38,818 nucleotides of DNA from Candidatus Methylomirabilota bacterium (GCA_046726415.1 JBKPAK010000143.1:1-38818), one strand, 5' to 3'; numbered from the stretch's first letter, positions 11,455 through 21,444 are shown. Notes: generated from the letters alone by a model not told the origin. Translations and numbers: made by a program.

Positions 11455-11836
11455 GCCCGGACAGAGCGGCTCGAAGAGCAGGGCATCGGTCGATTTCTCG
11501 CCGAGGCGGTAGGTTTAGAGCGTAGCTCCGCCCCTGAACGAGGGACTCACCCGATCTGTTGTAAATGGCCTGGAGAAAAGAAGAACATGATCTCGCCAAA
11601 CTGGGCGGCATTCTGACCCGCGCGGGAGCCCGGCCGTCATCTCTCAGCCTGATTGTCGCGTGAGCGGTCGCAGCGAGCTTGCTCGCCAGAGTGGCAGGCG
11701 GGTGGAAGTTTCGATTCAGGTTCCCGGGCCTAAGTATCTGCGCTGGCGTATATTCTGGGTCGACTGTCACCTTTGGCGAGTCGCACTTTCGCTTGCGGCC
11801 GATATGGTTCCTCGATCCTGCTTCGAGGAGGAGCGC

Positions 11837-13014
11837 ATGACAGAACGACGATTGAAGCTCGCCATCGCGACCGTTGCCCTGTTCGCGCTCGTCGCAGGCG
11901 GCCGCGACGTTCGCGCGCAGCCAGCGCAGGTCAAACTGGGATTGTCAGCAGCGCTCTCCGGTGGGTCGGCGGCCTCCGGCGAGGCCATCAAACGTGGTCT
12001 CCAGATCGCCATCGACGAGATCAACGGCAAGGGCGGCGTCCTCGGCGGGCGCAAGCTCGAGCTGGTGGTCCGCGACGACGAGGGAAATCCGAGCAAGGGC
12101 GTGACCATCGCCCGCGAGCTGGTTGAGCGCGAGAAGGTCGCCGCCGTGTTCGGCGGTCTTCACACTACGGTGGCCCTCGCCCAGGTTCCCGTCTGGCAGG
12201 AGCTGAAGGCACCCTACCTGGGCACGTGGGCGGCCGGGACGAACATCACGCGCAACGGTCAGAAGCCGAATTTCGTCTTCCGCGTCTCGGCCAACGACGA
12301 CTACGTCGACAAGTTCCTGGCCCGCTATGCCACCGAGCAGCTCAGGCGAGGCAAGCCCGGCTTCCTCCTGGAGAACACGGCGTGGGGGCAGTCCAACGAG
12401 GTGGGCCTCGCGAAGTGGTTCGGCGAGAAGGGGATCAAGGCGGTGGGGATCGAGAAGTTCAACTGGAACGATCCCGACATGAGCCCGCAGCTCCTGCGCC
12501 TCAAGCAGGGAGGCGCCGACCTCGTGGTGCTCGTGGCCAATGCGCCCGAGGGCGCGCAGGTGGTCAAGTCGCGCGCGAAAGTCGGGTGGGCGGTACCCAT
12601 TCTGTCGCACTGGGGCATCTCTGGCGGGCGCTTCGCCGAGCTGACCGGCGATCTCTCCGACGGGGTGATCTTCATCCAGACCTACTCCTTCTTCGGCAAA
12701 CAGAACGCGCGCGGCCAGTTCGTGCTCAAGCAGCTCGCCGAGAAGTTCGGCGTGAAGGACCGGAAGAGGTCACGGCGCCCGTCGGCACCGCGAACGCGTA
12801 CGACGCGCTTCATCTGATGGCGATGGCCATCGAGCAGGCGAAGTCGACCGATGGGCCAAAGGTGCGCGATGCGCTCGAGGACCTCAAGAGCGAGTACCCC
12901 GGACTCATCAAGACGTACCAGCGGCCGTTCACCGCGGAGCAGCACGACGCGCTCACCGACCAGGACTACATCATGGTCGTCTGGAAGGGCGGCAAGATCG
13001 TTCCCGTCCAGTAG
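11837..13014 (+). pseudogene. Branched-chain amino acid/amide ABC substrate-binding protein with a 1-nt frameshift near 12758 (pseudogene or sequencing error)
   Basis: GAGGAGGAG SD before ATG 11837; signal peptide, INGKGGVLGGRKLELVVRDD; the protein continues in another frame as GPEEVTAPVGTANAYDALHL...GKIVPVQ*. Confidence 0.85.
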
Positions 13015-13017
13015 CTC

Positions 13018-13887
13018 GTGACCGTTCAGCTCGTCGTCAGCGGCCTCGCCCTGGGGAGCATGTACGGGCTGGTAGCCCTCGGGTATCACATCACCTGGGT
13101 CACCAGCCGGACGATGAACTTCTCGCAGGGCCACGTCGTGATGGCGGGTGCGGTCGTCGCGTACGGCCTCCACGTGGCCGCCGGCTGGCCGTTGGTGCCC
13201 GCCCTCGCGCTGGCCCTGGCGGCCTGCGCGATCTTCGGCCTCGTCGTCGAGCGGGTGGCCGTACGTCCCTTCTTCCGCGCGCAGTCACCTCTGTGGCTCT
13301 TGACGACGATCGCCTGCGGCATCATCGCCGAGAACGTGGCCATGCTCACCCTGGGCAAAGACGCGCGGGCCTTCCCCTCCGCCCTCGCCACGCGTCCCGT
13401 GTTCGTGCTCGGCGCCGGGGTGTACCCGCTGGAGTTGGTGCTGCCCGTGGCGGGACTGATCCTGATGGCTTCGGTCCAGCTCTTCTATCACCGGACGTTC
13501 TTCGGCAAGCAACTCAAGGCGGTGGCCTTCAACGCCGAGGCCGCCGGCCTCATGGGGATCTCGATCCCGCGGGCGGTGATGACCGCCTACGCCCTCTCGG
13601 CATTCCTCGCCGGCGTGGCGGGCGTCCTGCTCGCACCTCTCTTGAACGTGGCACCCACCATGGGCACGTCGATCGGGCTGAAGGCCTTCGCCGTCGCCAT
13701 CATCGGCGGTCTGGACTCGGCCGCGGGCATCGTGGTGGCCGGGCTGCTGTACGGGCTCGTGGAATCGTTCGTGGCCGGCTACCTTTCCACGGGGGCCCGC
13801 GAGATCGTCGGCTTCGCGCTGGTCATCGCCATGCTGGTGATGCGCCCGTGGGGATTGCTCGGCGGGCGACCGGTTCGACGAGTGTGA
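13018..13887 (+). CDS. livH: Branched-chain amino acid ABC permease (LivH-like)
   Basis: SGLALGSMYGLVALG, MNFSQG, KAFAVAIIGGL, RPWGLLG. Confidence 0.9.
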   Translation: MTVQLVVSGLALGSMYGLVALGYHITWVTSRTMNFSQGHVVMAGAVVAYGLHVAAGWPLVPALALALAACAIFGLVVERVAVRPFFRAQSPLWLLTTIACGIIAENVAMLTLGKDARAFPSALATRPVFVLGAGVYPLELVLPVAGLILMASVQLFYHRTFFGKQLKAVAFNAEAAGLMGISIPRAVMTAYALSAFLAGVAGVLLAPLLNVAPTMGTSIGLKAFAVAIIGGLDSAAGIVVAGLLYGLVESFVAGYLSTGAREIVGFALVIAMLVMRPWGLLGGRPVRRV

Positions 13888-15632
13888 TGGGCTGGGCCCT
13901 GGTGGGTGCGGCGACCCTGGCCGTGCCGCTGGTTACCACCAACACCTACGACCTCTACCTCGTGATGACCATCGCCATCATGGTCATCGCGGCCTCGGGC
14001 CTGAACATCCTGGCCGGGCTGGCGGGACAGATCTCGCTGGGCCACGCCGGGCTCTACGCCATCGGCGCCTACACGGGCGCTCTGGTTGCCACCCGCCTCG
14101 GACTCGGCCTGTGGTCTGCGCTGCCGCTCGCCGTCGGCCTCACGGCGGTGGTGGGCGCTCTGCTGGCGCTGGCGGCGCTCCGCGTGGCTGGACCTTACCT
14201 CGCCATGGTCACGATCGCCTTCGGCATCATCGTCGAAAGCGTGGCGGTGGAGTGGGTCGCGCTGACCGGAGGACCGGGCGGCATCTTCAACATTCCGAAG
14301 GCCGCGTTCTTGGGAAGCGGGCTGACCTTCCGCGGCTACTACCTGGTGGTGGCCGCTGGAGCCGCGCTGGCGCTGGTCGCCACTCGCAACCTCATGCGCT
14401 CGGCCTGGGGGCGGGCCTTCATCGCCGTCAAGGACAGTGACATCGCCGCTGAGTCGCTGGGACTCAGCACGTACGCGCTGCGCACCAGCGCCTTTACCAT
14501 CTCGGCGGGCTTCGCGGGCGCCGCCGGATGTCTCTTTGCCTTCTTGCAGGGATACCTGAGCCCCGACAGCTTTGGCCTCCAGACCTCGCTGTTGTTCCTG
14601 CTCATCGTCCTCTTCGGAGGCCTGGGCACCCTCGCCGGCCCCGTGGTAGGTGGCATTGTTCTCGTGCTCCTCCCCGAGCTTCTGCGCCAGCTTCTCGATT
14701 ACCGGCTGATCATTTACGGCACTCTCCTCCTCTGCTCCGTCTACTATTTGCCCAACGGCGTGGTGGGCGCCCTGTACCGAGTCGGGCTTTGGCGCCCCGG
14801 CTCCGATGGAGCAGGAGGCCCTCGCGGGTCGTCGTCGCCGCGGACGAGGGTCACCCCGCGGACAGCGGCGTCGACAGACCGGCGGCCTCGGCTCGCCGTC
14901 ACAGGCGTCTCGGTAGCATTCGGAGGACTCCAGGCGCTGGACAGCGTACGGCTTTCGGTGGCACCGGGGACGATCCACTCCCTCATCGGACCCAATGGCG
15001 CCGGGAAGACGACCCTCGTCAACCTGGTCACGGGCTTCTATCGGCCGGATGAGGGCGAGGTCTCGTTCCGGGGTGAGCGCATCGACGGTCGCTCGACGGT
15101 GGGCATCGCTCGACGCGGTCTCGTGCGCACGTTCCAGACGCCCGAGCTCTTCGAAAACCTCTCCGTGCTCGAGAACGTCATGGTCAGCGTGGCCGGGCAT
15201 CGACTCGGCTCGCTGGTCACCGCGCTCGCCGGGGTGACCGGCCGGGAGGGCGACTGGCGGGAGGAAGCCCAACGCCTGCTGGAGAGGGTCAGTCTCGCGG
15301 AATGGGCGCGGCAGGCGTCGCGGCGCCTCCCCTTTGGCCTGCGGCGTCGGCTGGAGATCGCCCGGGCCCTCGGCGCCGGCGCCCTCATGCTCCTGCTCGA
15401 CGAACCAGCCGCCGGACTCGGCCCGACGGAGATGGTCGAGCTGAATGCGCTGCTCCTGCAGCTGCGCGCCGACGGCCTCACCATCCTCCTCGTCGAGCAC
15501 CACATGGAGCTGGTGATGAGCGTCTCCGATCGGATCACCGTGCTGGACGAAGGACGCGTCATCGCCGACGGCCCTCCCGGCGAGATCCAGCGCGACGCGG
15601 CGGTCATCGAGGCCTACCTGGGACCGGCGTGA
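13887..15632 (+). CDS. Fused branched-chain ABC permease + ATP-binding protein (LivM-LivG fusion)
   Basis: TGATG coupling at 13887; GLAGQISLGH, YLAMVTIAF, LTGGPGG, then GPNGAGKTT, RTFQTP, LLDEPAAG, VEHHM, EAYLG. Confidence 0.92.
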   Translation: MGWALVGAATLAVPLVTTNTYDLYLVMTIAIMVIAASGLNILAGLAGQISLGHAGLYAIGAYTGALVATRLGLGLWSALPLAVGLTAVVGALLALAALRVAGPYLAMVTIAFGIIVESVAVEWVALTGGPGGIFNIPKAAFLGSGLTFRGYYLVVAAGAALALVATRNLMRSAWGRAFIAVKDSDIAAESLGLSTYALRTSAFTISAGFAGAAGCLFAFLQGYLSPDSFGLQTSLLFLLIVLFGGLGTLAGPVVGGIVLVLLPELLRQLLDYRLIIYGTLLLCSVYYLPNGVVGALYRVGLWRPGSDGAGGPRGSSSPRTRVTPRTAASTDRRPRLAVTGVSVAFGGLQALDSVRLSVAPGTIHSLIGPNGAGKTTLVNLVTGFYRPDEGEVSFRGERIDGRSTVGIARRGLVRTFQTPELFENLSVLENVMVSVAGHRLGSLVTALAGVTGREGDWREEAQRLLERVSLAEWARQASRRLPFGLRRRLEIARALGAGALMLLLDEPAAGLGPTEMVELNALLLQLRADGLTILLVEHHMELVMSVSDRITVLDEGRVIADGPPGEIQRDAAVIEAYLGPA

Positions 15633-15667
15633 ATCTGTTGCTCCGGGTGTATCCGAGAACTGAATGA
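15629..15667 (+). other. 12-aa mini-ORF (MNLLLRVYPRTE) coupled by GTGA and ATGA overlaps; degenerate junction duplication
   Basis: Starts like livF (MNLLRV). TATCCGAGAACTGAATGA echoes the upstream gene end TACCTGGGACCGGCGTGA with a 35-nt period. Confidence 0.65.
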
Positions 15668-16380
15668 ACCTCCTCCGCGTGCGCGACTTGACTGTTCGCT
15701 ACGGCGAGCTGGAAGCCCTGCACCAGATCGTCCTCGACGTGGGTGCCGGCGAGATCGTCGCCGTCATCGGCCCCAACGGTGCCGGGAAGACGACGCTTCT
15801 GAAGACCATTGCCGGCGTGCTGCGGCCGCACGGGGGCCGCATCAGCCTGGGAGGCGAACGGATCGAGGGCCGGCGCGCTTACGACGTCGTGAGGCGTGGG
15901 CTTGTCCTCGTCCCCGAGGGGCGCGGGATCTTCGCCGACCAGACGGTCGGTGACAATCTACGGCTCGGCGCGGTCAGCCGACGCGACCCCGCGGTGGCCG
16001 CCGATCTCGAGCGCCTCCTGGATCGGTTTCCGCCGCTTCGTGCCCATCTGAGGTCGCCGGCGGGCGCTCTCTCCGGTGGGCAGCAGCAGATGCTCGCCAT
16101 CGCACGCGGCCTCATGGCACGACCCCACCTCCTGCTCCTCGACGAGCCGTCGCTGGGGCTGGCCCCGCGTCTCGTGCGCGAGACCCTCGAGGTGATCGAG
16201 CGCGTTCGCGACGAGGGCGTCTCGGTGTTGCTCGTCGAGCAGCTCGCCGCAGCCGCCCTCGGTATCGCCGATCGAGGGTACGTGCTCGACCGCGGCCGGG
16301 TGGTGGCCGGCGCCGCCGCCAGCGACCTCGCCACGGACCCTGCGGTCATGACCGCATACCTCGGGACTCACCGTCCATGA
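15664..16380 (+). CDS. livF: Branched-chain amino acid ABC ATP-binding protein (LivF-like)
   Basis: GPNGAGKTT, VPEGRGIF, LSGGQQQMLAIAR, LDEPSLGLAP, AYLG. Confidence 0.93.
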   Translation: MNLLRVRDLTVRYGELEALHQIVLDVGAGEIVAVIGPNGAGKTTLLKTIAGVLRPHGGRISLGGERIEGRRAYDVVRRGLVLVPEGRGIFADQTVGDNLRLGAVSRRDPAVAADLERLLDRFPPLRAHLRSPAGALSGGQQQMLAIARGLMARPHLLLLDEPSLGLAPRLVRETLEVIERVRDEGVSVLLVEQLAAAALGIADRGYVLDRGRVVAGAAASDLATDPAVMTAYLGTHRP

Positions 16381-16621
16381 AGATCACGCCAACCGACCAA
16401 GCGGGATTCGGCACTGATGCGCGTCGCTTGATGGGTCGCGGTCGCCGCCCGGGGTGGAGAAGGTGCCACCGGGCGTTCAGGGCGTGACTGAAGGGGGATA
16501 ATGGCGGAGACTGAGACGCCGCGTACCGGCGCGCAGAGATCGCTGTGTCCGGCACGTATAGCGCCCCGTGTGAGGACATCGTGTCTCGACCTGATACCAG
16601 GTATTATCTGTGCGCTTGACC

Positions 16622-17827
16622 ATGGGCCACCGGCTGATCACGCTCTTCGCCCTGGCAGCCGTGGGCCTCACGGCGGCCGCCTGCAACCGAGACAATCCCG
16701 CCACGGCGGCACCCAATCCCAAGGCCGCCTCACCGCCCCGCGCTGTCCGCTTGGTCCCCGCCGCGGAGCAGACCGTTCCGCAAACCGTCCAGACAACAGG
16801 GACGCTGGCTGCGGACGACGAGGTCATCCTCGGCACCAAGGTCCCTGGACGACTCGGCGACATTGCGGTGGACCTGGGGAGTCGCGTGCAGAAAGGGCAC
16901 GTCATCGGCCGCATCGATCCGAACGACTATCAGCTTCGCCTGGACCAATCCGTCGCGGCGCTGCAGCAAGCCCGTGCGCGGCTCGGACTCTCGCCTGACG
17001 GTTCGGACGACCGCGTGGACCCCGATCAGACAGCCATCGTGCGCCAGGCGCGAGCCCTGCTCGATGAGGCCAAGCTGACACGAGAGCGGACGGACAAGCT
17101 GTGGAACCAGGACCTCGTGGCGCGAGCTCAGCTCGACACGGCGGAGTTTGGACTTCAAGTCGCCGAGGGGCGCTACCAGGACGCCATCGAAGAGGTCCGC
17201 AACCGGCAGGCGGTCCTGGTCCAGCGCCGCTCGGAAGTTGCTCTGGCCCGCCAGCAACTGATCGACACCGCCATCGTGTCGCCGATCGACGGCGCGGTCA
17301 GCCAGAAGCGGGCGTCGGCGGGTGAGTACCTGGTCGCCGGCGCTCCGGTGGTCACGGTGGTCCGCACGCATCCGCTTCGGCTGCGCCTCTCCGTGCCCGA
17401 GCGGGATGCGACCGGTGTGAAGATCGGCCAGACCGTGCGCGTGGGGGTGGACGGTGATCCACACGTATACCAGGGCGTGGTCGCTCGACTCTCTCCGCAG
17501 ATCGCCGAGCAGAACCGGACTCTGCTCATCGAGGCCGAGGTCCCCAACGAGCGCGGGGCCCTCCGGCCCGGTACCTTCGCCAAAGCCGAAGTGGTTGTCC
17601 AGGCCGATCAAAAAGTCGTGACCGTTCCGGCCTCGGCCATCGTCGTCTTCGCGGGCGTGGAGAAGGTCCTCAGCGTCAAGGACGGCAAGAGCGTCGAGAT
17701 CCGCGTGCAGACGGGACGTCGCCGGGGCGATCTCGTCGAGATCGCGTCCGGTCTCAAGACAGGCGACTTGGTGGTCGCGCAACCCGGCAACCTGGCCGGC
17801 GGCCAGGCCGTGACCTCGGAGAAATAG
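16622..17827 (+). CDS. RND efflux periplasmic adaptor (MFP), lipoprotein
   Basis: Lipobox-like LTAAAC, coiled-coil hairpin, SPIDGAVS, LRPGTFA, GLKTGDLVV; start ATG 16622 or GTG 16610. Confidence 0.92.
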   Translation: MGHRLITLFALAAVGLTAAACNRDNPATAAPNPKAASPPRAVRLVPAAEQTVPQTVQTTGTLAADDEVILGTKVPGRLGDIAVDLGSRVQKGHVIGRIDPNDYQLRLDQSVAALQQARARLGLSPDGSDDRVDPDQTAIVRQARALLDEAKLTRERTDKLWNQDLVARAQLDTAEFGLQVAEGRYQDAIEEVRNRQAVLVQRRSEVALARQQLIDTAIVSPIDGAVSQKRASAGEYLVAGAPVVTVVRTHPLRLRLSVPERDATGVKIGQTVRVGVDGDPHVYQGVVARLSPQIAEQNRTLLIEAEVPNERGALRPGTFAKAEVVVQADQKVVTVPASAIVVFAGVEKVLSVKDGKSVEIRVQTGRRRGDLVEIASGLKTGDLVVAQPGNLAGGQAVTSEK

Positions 17828-17849
17828 GACCATGTCGAAAAGTCGCGGC

Positions 17850-17912
17850 GCGCCTCGGCCCGGCCGGGGCGCCTCGAGCGCATGGGGCATAGGGGCCATG
17901 TCGGGTCCCCCA
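17850..17912 (+). repeat. Palindromic REP-like element, copy 1
   Basis: GCGCCTCGGC-ccg-GCCGGGGCGC hairpin + CTCGAGCG + GGGG...GGGGCCAT; homologous to 36766-36831. Confidence 0.7.
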
Positions 17913-17922
17913 TCTCGATAGC

Positions 17923-20900
17923 ATGCAAAAACTGGCTGAAGTCTGCATCCGGCGGCCCGTCTTCGCCAGCATGATCGTCATGGCACTGGTGGTCGTCGGT
18001 GCGGTCAGCTACTTCCGGCTCGGCGTCGACCGCTTCCCCTCGGTGGAGCTACCCACCGTCATCGTGCGCACGGAGCTGCCCGGCGCCTCGACCGAGGAGA
18101 TGGAGACGCAGGTTTCGCAGAAGCTCGAGGAAGCGATCAACGCCATCCAGGGGATCTTCGAGCTGCGCTCCATCACCAGTCCGGGCAACTCGATCGTCAT
18201 CATTACCTTCAACCTCAATCGCCAGATCGACGTGGCGGCCCAGGACGTCCGCGACAAGGTGGCCGGCGCCATCCGCAACTTGCCGCGCGATATCCGGCCT
18301 CCGATCATTGCCAAGACCGACAACGACCAGGCCCCGGTGCTTACGGTGGCCGTGTCCGGTAACCGTTCCCTGCGCGAGCTGACGGAGATCGCCGAGCGGA
18401 CAGTGAAGCTCGACATCGAGCGCGCGGGCGGAGTGGGCGAGGTGCGGCTGATCGGCGGACTGTCCCGCTCCGTCAACGTCTGGATCGACGCCGACCGGCT
18501 GGCTGCCTACCAGATACCGATCACCGCCGTGCGCGACGCGGTCGTCCGCCAGAACGCCGACCTGCCCGGCGGCAACGTCACGGCGGGGCTCCTCGAACAG
18601 TCGCTGCGCACCATGGGTCGCATCGTCGATCCTCGGTCGTTCAACGACCTGGTGGTGGCCACCGTGCGCGGCGCTTCCGTCCGCATTCGCGACATCGGCG
18701 CGGCCGAGGACGGCACCAAGGAGCAGCGCACGGCGGCGCGCATCAACGGGGTGCCCAGCGTGGTCCTGGAGGTCCGGCGGCAGTCCGGCGAGAACACGGT
18801 GGCCGTCATCGAGGCAGTCAAGGCCAACCTGGCCCGCCTGGCGCCGCGGCTCCCCGCCGACGTCAGGACCGAGATCATCCGCGACCAGTCGAAGTACATC
18901 TATAACGCCCTGCACGAGATCAATCTCCACCTCGTGCTGGGCAGCATCCTGGCCTCGCTGGTCGTGCTCGCGTTCATGCGGAGCCTGCGCTCCACCATCA
19001 TCGCCGCGGTGGCTATCCCGTGCTCGGTCATTGCCGCCTTCGGGATGATGTGGGCGCTCAACTTCACCCTCAACAGCGTGACCATGCTCGCCCTCGTCCT
19101 CATGGTGGGCATCGTCATCGACGACGCCATCGTCGTGCTCGAGAACATCTTCCGCTTCGTAGAGGAGAAGAAGATGCGGCCCTTCGAGGCCGCCCGGGAA
19201 GCGACCGCCGACATCGGGCTGGCCGTCATGGCCACCACCCTGTCCCTGGTCGTGATCTTCGTCCCCGTGTCGTTCATGTCGTCGATCTCGGGCCGCTTCC
19301 TCTACCAGTTCGGCCTCACCGCCGCGGTCTCGGTGCTGGTGAGCCTCCTCGTGTCGTTCACCCTAACCCCCATGATGAGCGCGCGCATGTTGCGCCCGGG
19401 CGACAGCACGGAGGCGCCAGGCCACCCCGCGCACGGGCCGGCGCGGTCGCGGGCCGGGTTCTACGCAATCATCGATGGCGCTTACACCTGGCTCCTCAGG
19501 CTTTCCATGACGCAGTGGGGGCGCCCGGTGGTCGTGGTTCTGGCCCTCGCCGTCCTGGCCTCCGCCATCCCCCTCTACCAGTGGGTCAAGAAGGAGTACG
19601 TGCCCACCGACGTGGATGAGGCGGAATTCGAGATGCTGGTGGAGGGACCGGAGGGCATGAGCCTGGCCGCCATGGACGAGGCCCTGCAGGCCATCGACCG
19701 TGAGGTCCGGGCGGTGCCGGGCGTCGAGCTCGTGCTCCTGGTGACGGGGGCGGGGGGACTGGCCCGGGTCAACCAGGGCAATGGCTACGTACGGGTCGCC
19801 TCGCACGGCGAGCGCACCGTCACCCTGCACCGGCTGTGGGAGGGACTTCGGCGCGGGGATCCCCTGGCCGCGTTCCGGGGCAACTACACGCAGCGGGACG
19901 TCATGCAGCAGGTCCGGCAGCGGATGCGCAAGTTGAGCGACATGCGCATCTCCATCCGCAACATCCCGGGCTTCAACATCGGCGGGGGCAACTTCGACAT
20001 CGACTTCGTCCTCCGAGGGCCTGACCTCGAAGCATTGGCCCGATACGGCGACGAGCTGCGCCGCCGGACGCTGCAGATGGGCGGCATGCTCGATGTGAAC
20101 ACCACGCTCAGACTCGATCGACCCGAGCTGCGCGTGCAGATCGATCGCGAGCGGGCCGCCGATCTGCGCGTCGACACCGAGCAGATCGCCACGGCCCTGC
20201 GGCTGATGGTGGGGGGCGATCAGGAGGTCTCGCGCTTCCGCGATCCCTCGGTGAACGAGGACTACGACGTGCAACTGCGCCTGCGCGAGGCGGATCGCAA
20301 GGATCTGCGGACGATCTCGCGCCTCTACGTGTCGCGGGCAGGGGCCACGGCGAGCGAGGCCATCGGCGCCCCCCCGCAGGTCGGCCTGGCGCCCGGCGGC
20401 GGACTGGTACGGCTCGACAACCTCGTGAAGATCGTCACCGCCCAGACGGCGCCGCGCGTTGACCGCTCCGACCGCCAGCGGGAGGTTCGCCTGCGGGCGT
20501 CCGTGGCGCCCGGCTACGGGCTGGCCGATCGCATCGAGGCGCTCCGCGGAGCGGTGAGCGCGATGAACCTTCCCCCCGGCTACTCGTCCAGCGCGTCCGG
20601 CCGGGCGAGCGAGTTCGAGAAGACCTTCAAGGAATTCCTGTGGGTCTTCCTGCTCGCCGTGATCTTCATGTACATGATCCTGGCCTCTCAGTTCGAGAGC
20701 CTCATCCACCCGCTTACCATCTTGCTCGCCTTGCCCCTCTCCGTGCCGTTCGCGCTCTTCGCGCTCTGGTATACCGGCAATACCCTGAACCTCTACTCCG
20801 CCCTCGGCATCCTCGTGCTCTTCGGCATCGTGAAGAAGAACTCGATCCTCCAGATCGACCAGATGAACGTGCTGCGCGCGGCCGGCCGCGACCGCGCGGC

Positions 20901-21306
20901 CGCCATCATCGAGGGCAATCGCAACCGGCTCCGTCCCATCCTCATGACGACCTTGGCTCTGGTGGCGGGCATGCTGCCGCTCTGGCTGGGGACAGGGCCC
21001 GGGGCCGAGGAGCGGCGGGCGATCGCCGTGGTGGTCATCGGTGGCCAGTCTCTCTGCCTGCTTCTCACCCTGCTGGTGACGCCGGTGGCGTACTCGCTCT
21101 TCGAAGATCTCGCACGAGCCCTGGGCGGGCGGGCGGTGGCCGGGCGCCGTCGTCGCCTCATGGAGCGTCTGATCCCGGAGAACGGCTGGTGGCGTCGATG
21201 GCGCACCGCCAACGGGGCCACCCTGGCTCACCCGGTCACCGTGGCACCGTTCGAGGACGACGACCGCGAGGCGGCTGCGCCAAAGGCCGACACGGCCCGA
21301 GGTTGA
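17923..21306 (+). CDS. RND efflux permease (AcrB/MdtC superfamily)
   Basis: IRRPVFA, GIVIDDAIVVLENI proton-relay aspartates, GIVKKNSIL, RLRPILMT; 1127 aa. Confidence 0.96.
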   Translation: MQKLAEVCIRRPVFASMIVMALVVVGAVSYFRLGVDRFPSVELPTVIVRTELPGASTEEMETQVSQKLEEAINAIQGIFELRSITSPGNSIVIITFNLNRQIDVAAQDVRDKVAGAIRNLPRDIRPPIIAKTDNDQAPVLTVAVSGNRSLRELTEIAERTVKLDIERAGGVGEVRLIGGLSRSVNVWIDADRLAAYQIPITAVRDAVVRQNADLPGGNVTAGLLEQSLRTMGRIVDPRSFNDLVVATVRGASVRIRDIGAAEDGTKEQRTAARINGVPSVVLEVRRQSGENTVAVIEAVKANLARLAPRLPADVRTEIIRDQSKYIYNALHEINLHLVLGSILASLVVLAFMRSLRSTIIAAVAIPCSVIAAFGMMWALNFTLNSVTMLALVLMVGIVIDDAIVVLENIFRFVEEKKMRPFEAAREATADIGLAVMATTLSLVVIFVPVSFMSSISGRFLYQFGLTAAVSVLVSLLVSFTLTPMMSARMLRPGDSTEAPGHPAHGPARSRAGFYAIIDGAYTWLLRLSMTQWGRPVVVVLALAVLASAIPLYQWVKKEYVPTDVDEAEFEMLVEGPEGMSLAAMDEALQAIDREVRAVPGVELVLLVTGAGGLARVNQGNGYVRVASHGERTVTLHRLWEGLRRGDPLAAFRGNYTQRDVMQQVRQRMRKLSDMRISIRNIPGFNIGGGNFDIDFVLRGPDLEALARYGDELRRRTLQMGGMLDVNTTLRLDRPELRVQIDRERAADLRVDTEQIATALRLMVGGDQEVSRFRDPSVNEDYDVQLRLREADRKDLRTISRLYVSRAGATASEAIGAPPQVGLAPGGGLVRLDNLVKIVTAQTAPRVDRSDRQREVRLRASVAPGYGLADRIEALRGAVSAMNLPPGYSSSASGRASEFEKTFKEFLWVFLLAVIFMYMILASQFESLIHPLTILLALPLSVPFALFALWYTGNTLNLYSALGILVLFGIVKKNSILQIDQMNVLRAAGRDRAAAIIEGNRNRLRPILMTTLALVAGMLPLWLGTGPGAEERRAIAVVVIGGQSLCLLLTLLVTPVAYSLFEDLARALGGRAVAGRRRRLMERLIPENGWWRRWRTANGATLAHPVTVAPFEDDDREAAAPKADTARG

Positions 21307-21308
21307 AC

Positions 21309-21335
21309 ATCGGGGGAGCGCCGCGCTCCCCCGAT
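21309..21335. terminator. Perfect 12-bp hairpin between convergent genes (terminator or REP-like element)
   Basis: ATCGGGGGAGCG-ccg-CGCTCCCCCGAT immediately after the RND stop; no U-tract. Confidence 0.6.
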
Positions 21336-21444
21336 ACCCCTCGCCGGGATCACGCGGCGTGGTGTTCTTCGATGGTGGCGGCCGAGCCACCGCTCACGTG
21401 GGCCATGCCGGGCGCTGTGCCGTTCCGGGGTGGGGCGGTAGGCG

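Noticed and set aside
11744-11790. Possible sigma54 promoter upstream of the liv operon (TGGCGTATATTCTGG; TGGCGAGTC...TTGC)
   Set aside because: The first lacks the -12 GC and the second has the wrong spacing
13293-13886. Extension of the LivM-LivG ORF
   Set aside because: Alternative frame of livH; the real start is the TGATG-coupled ATG at 13887
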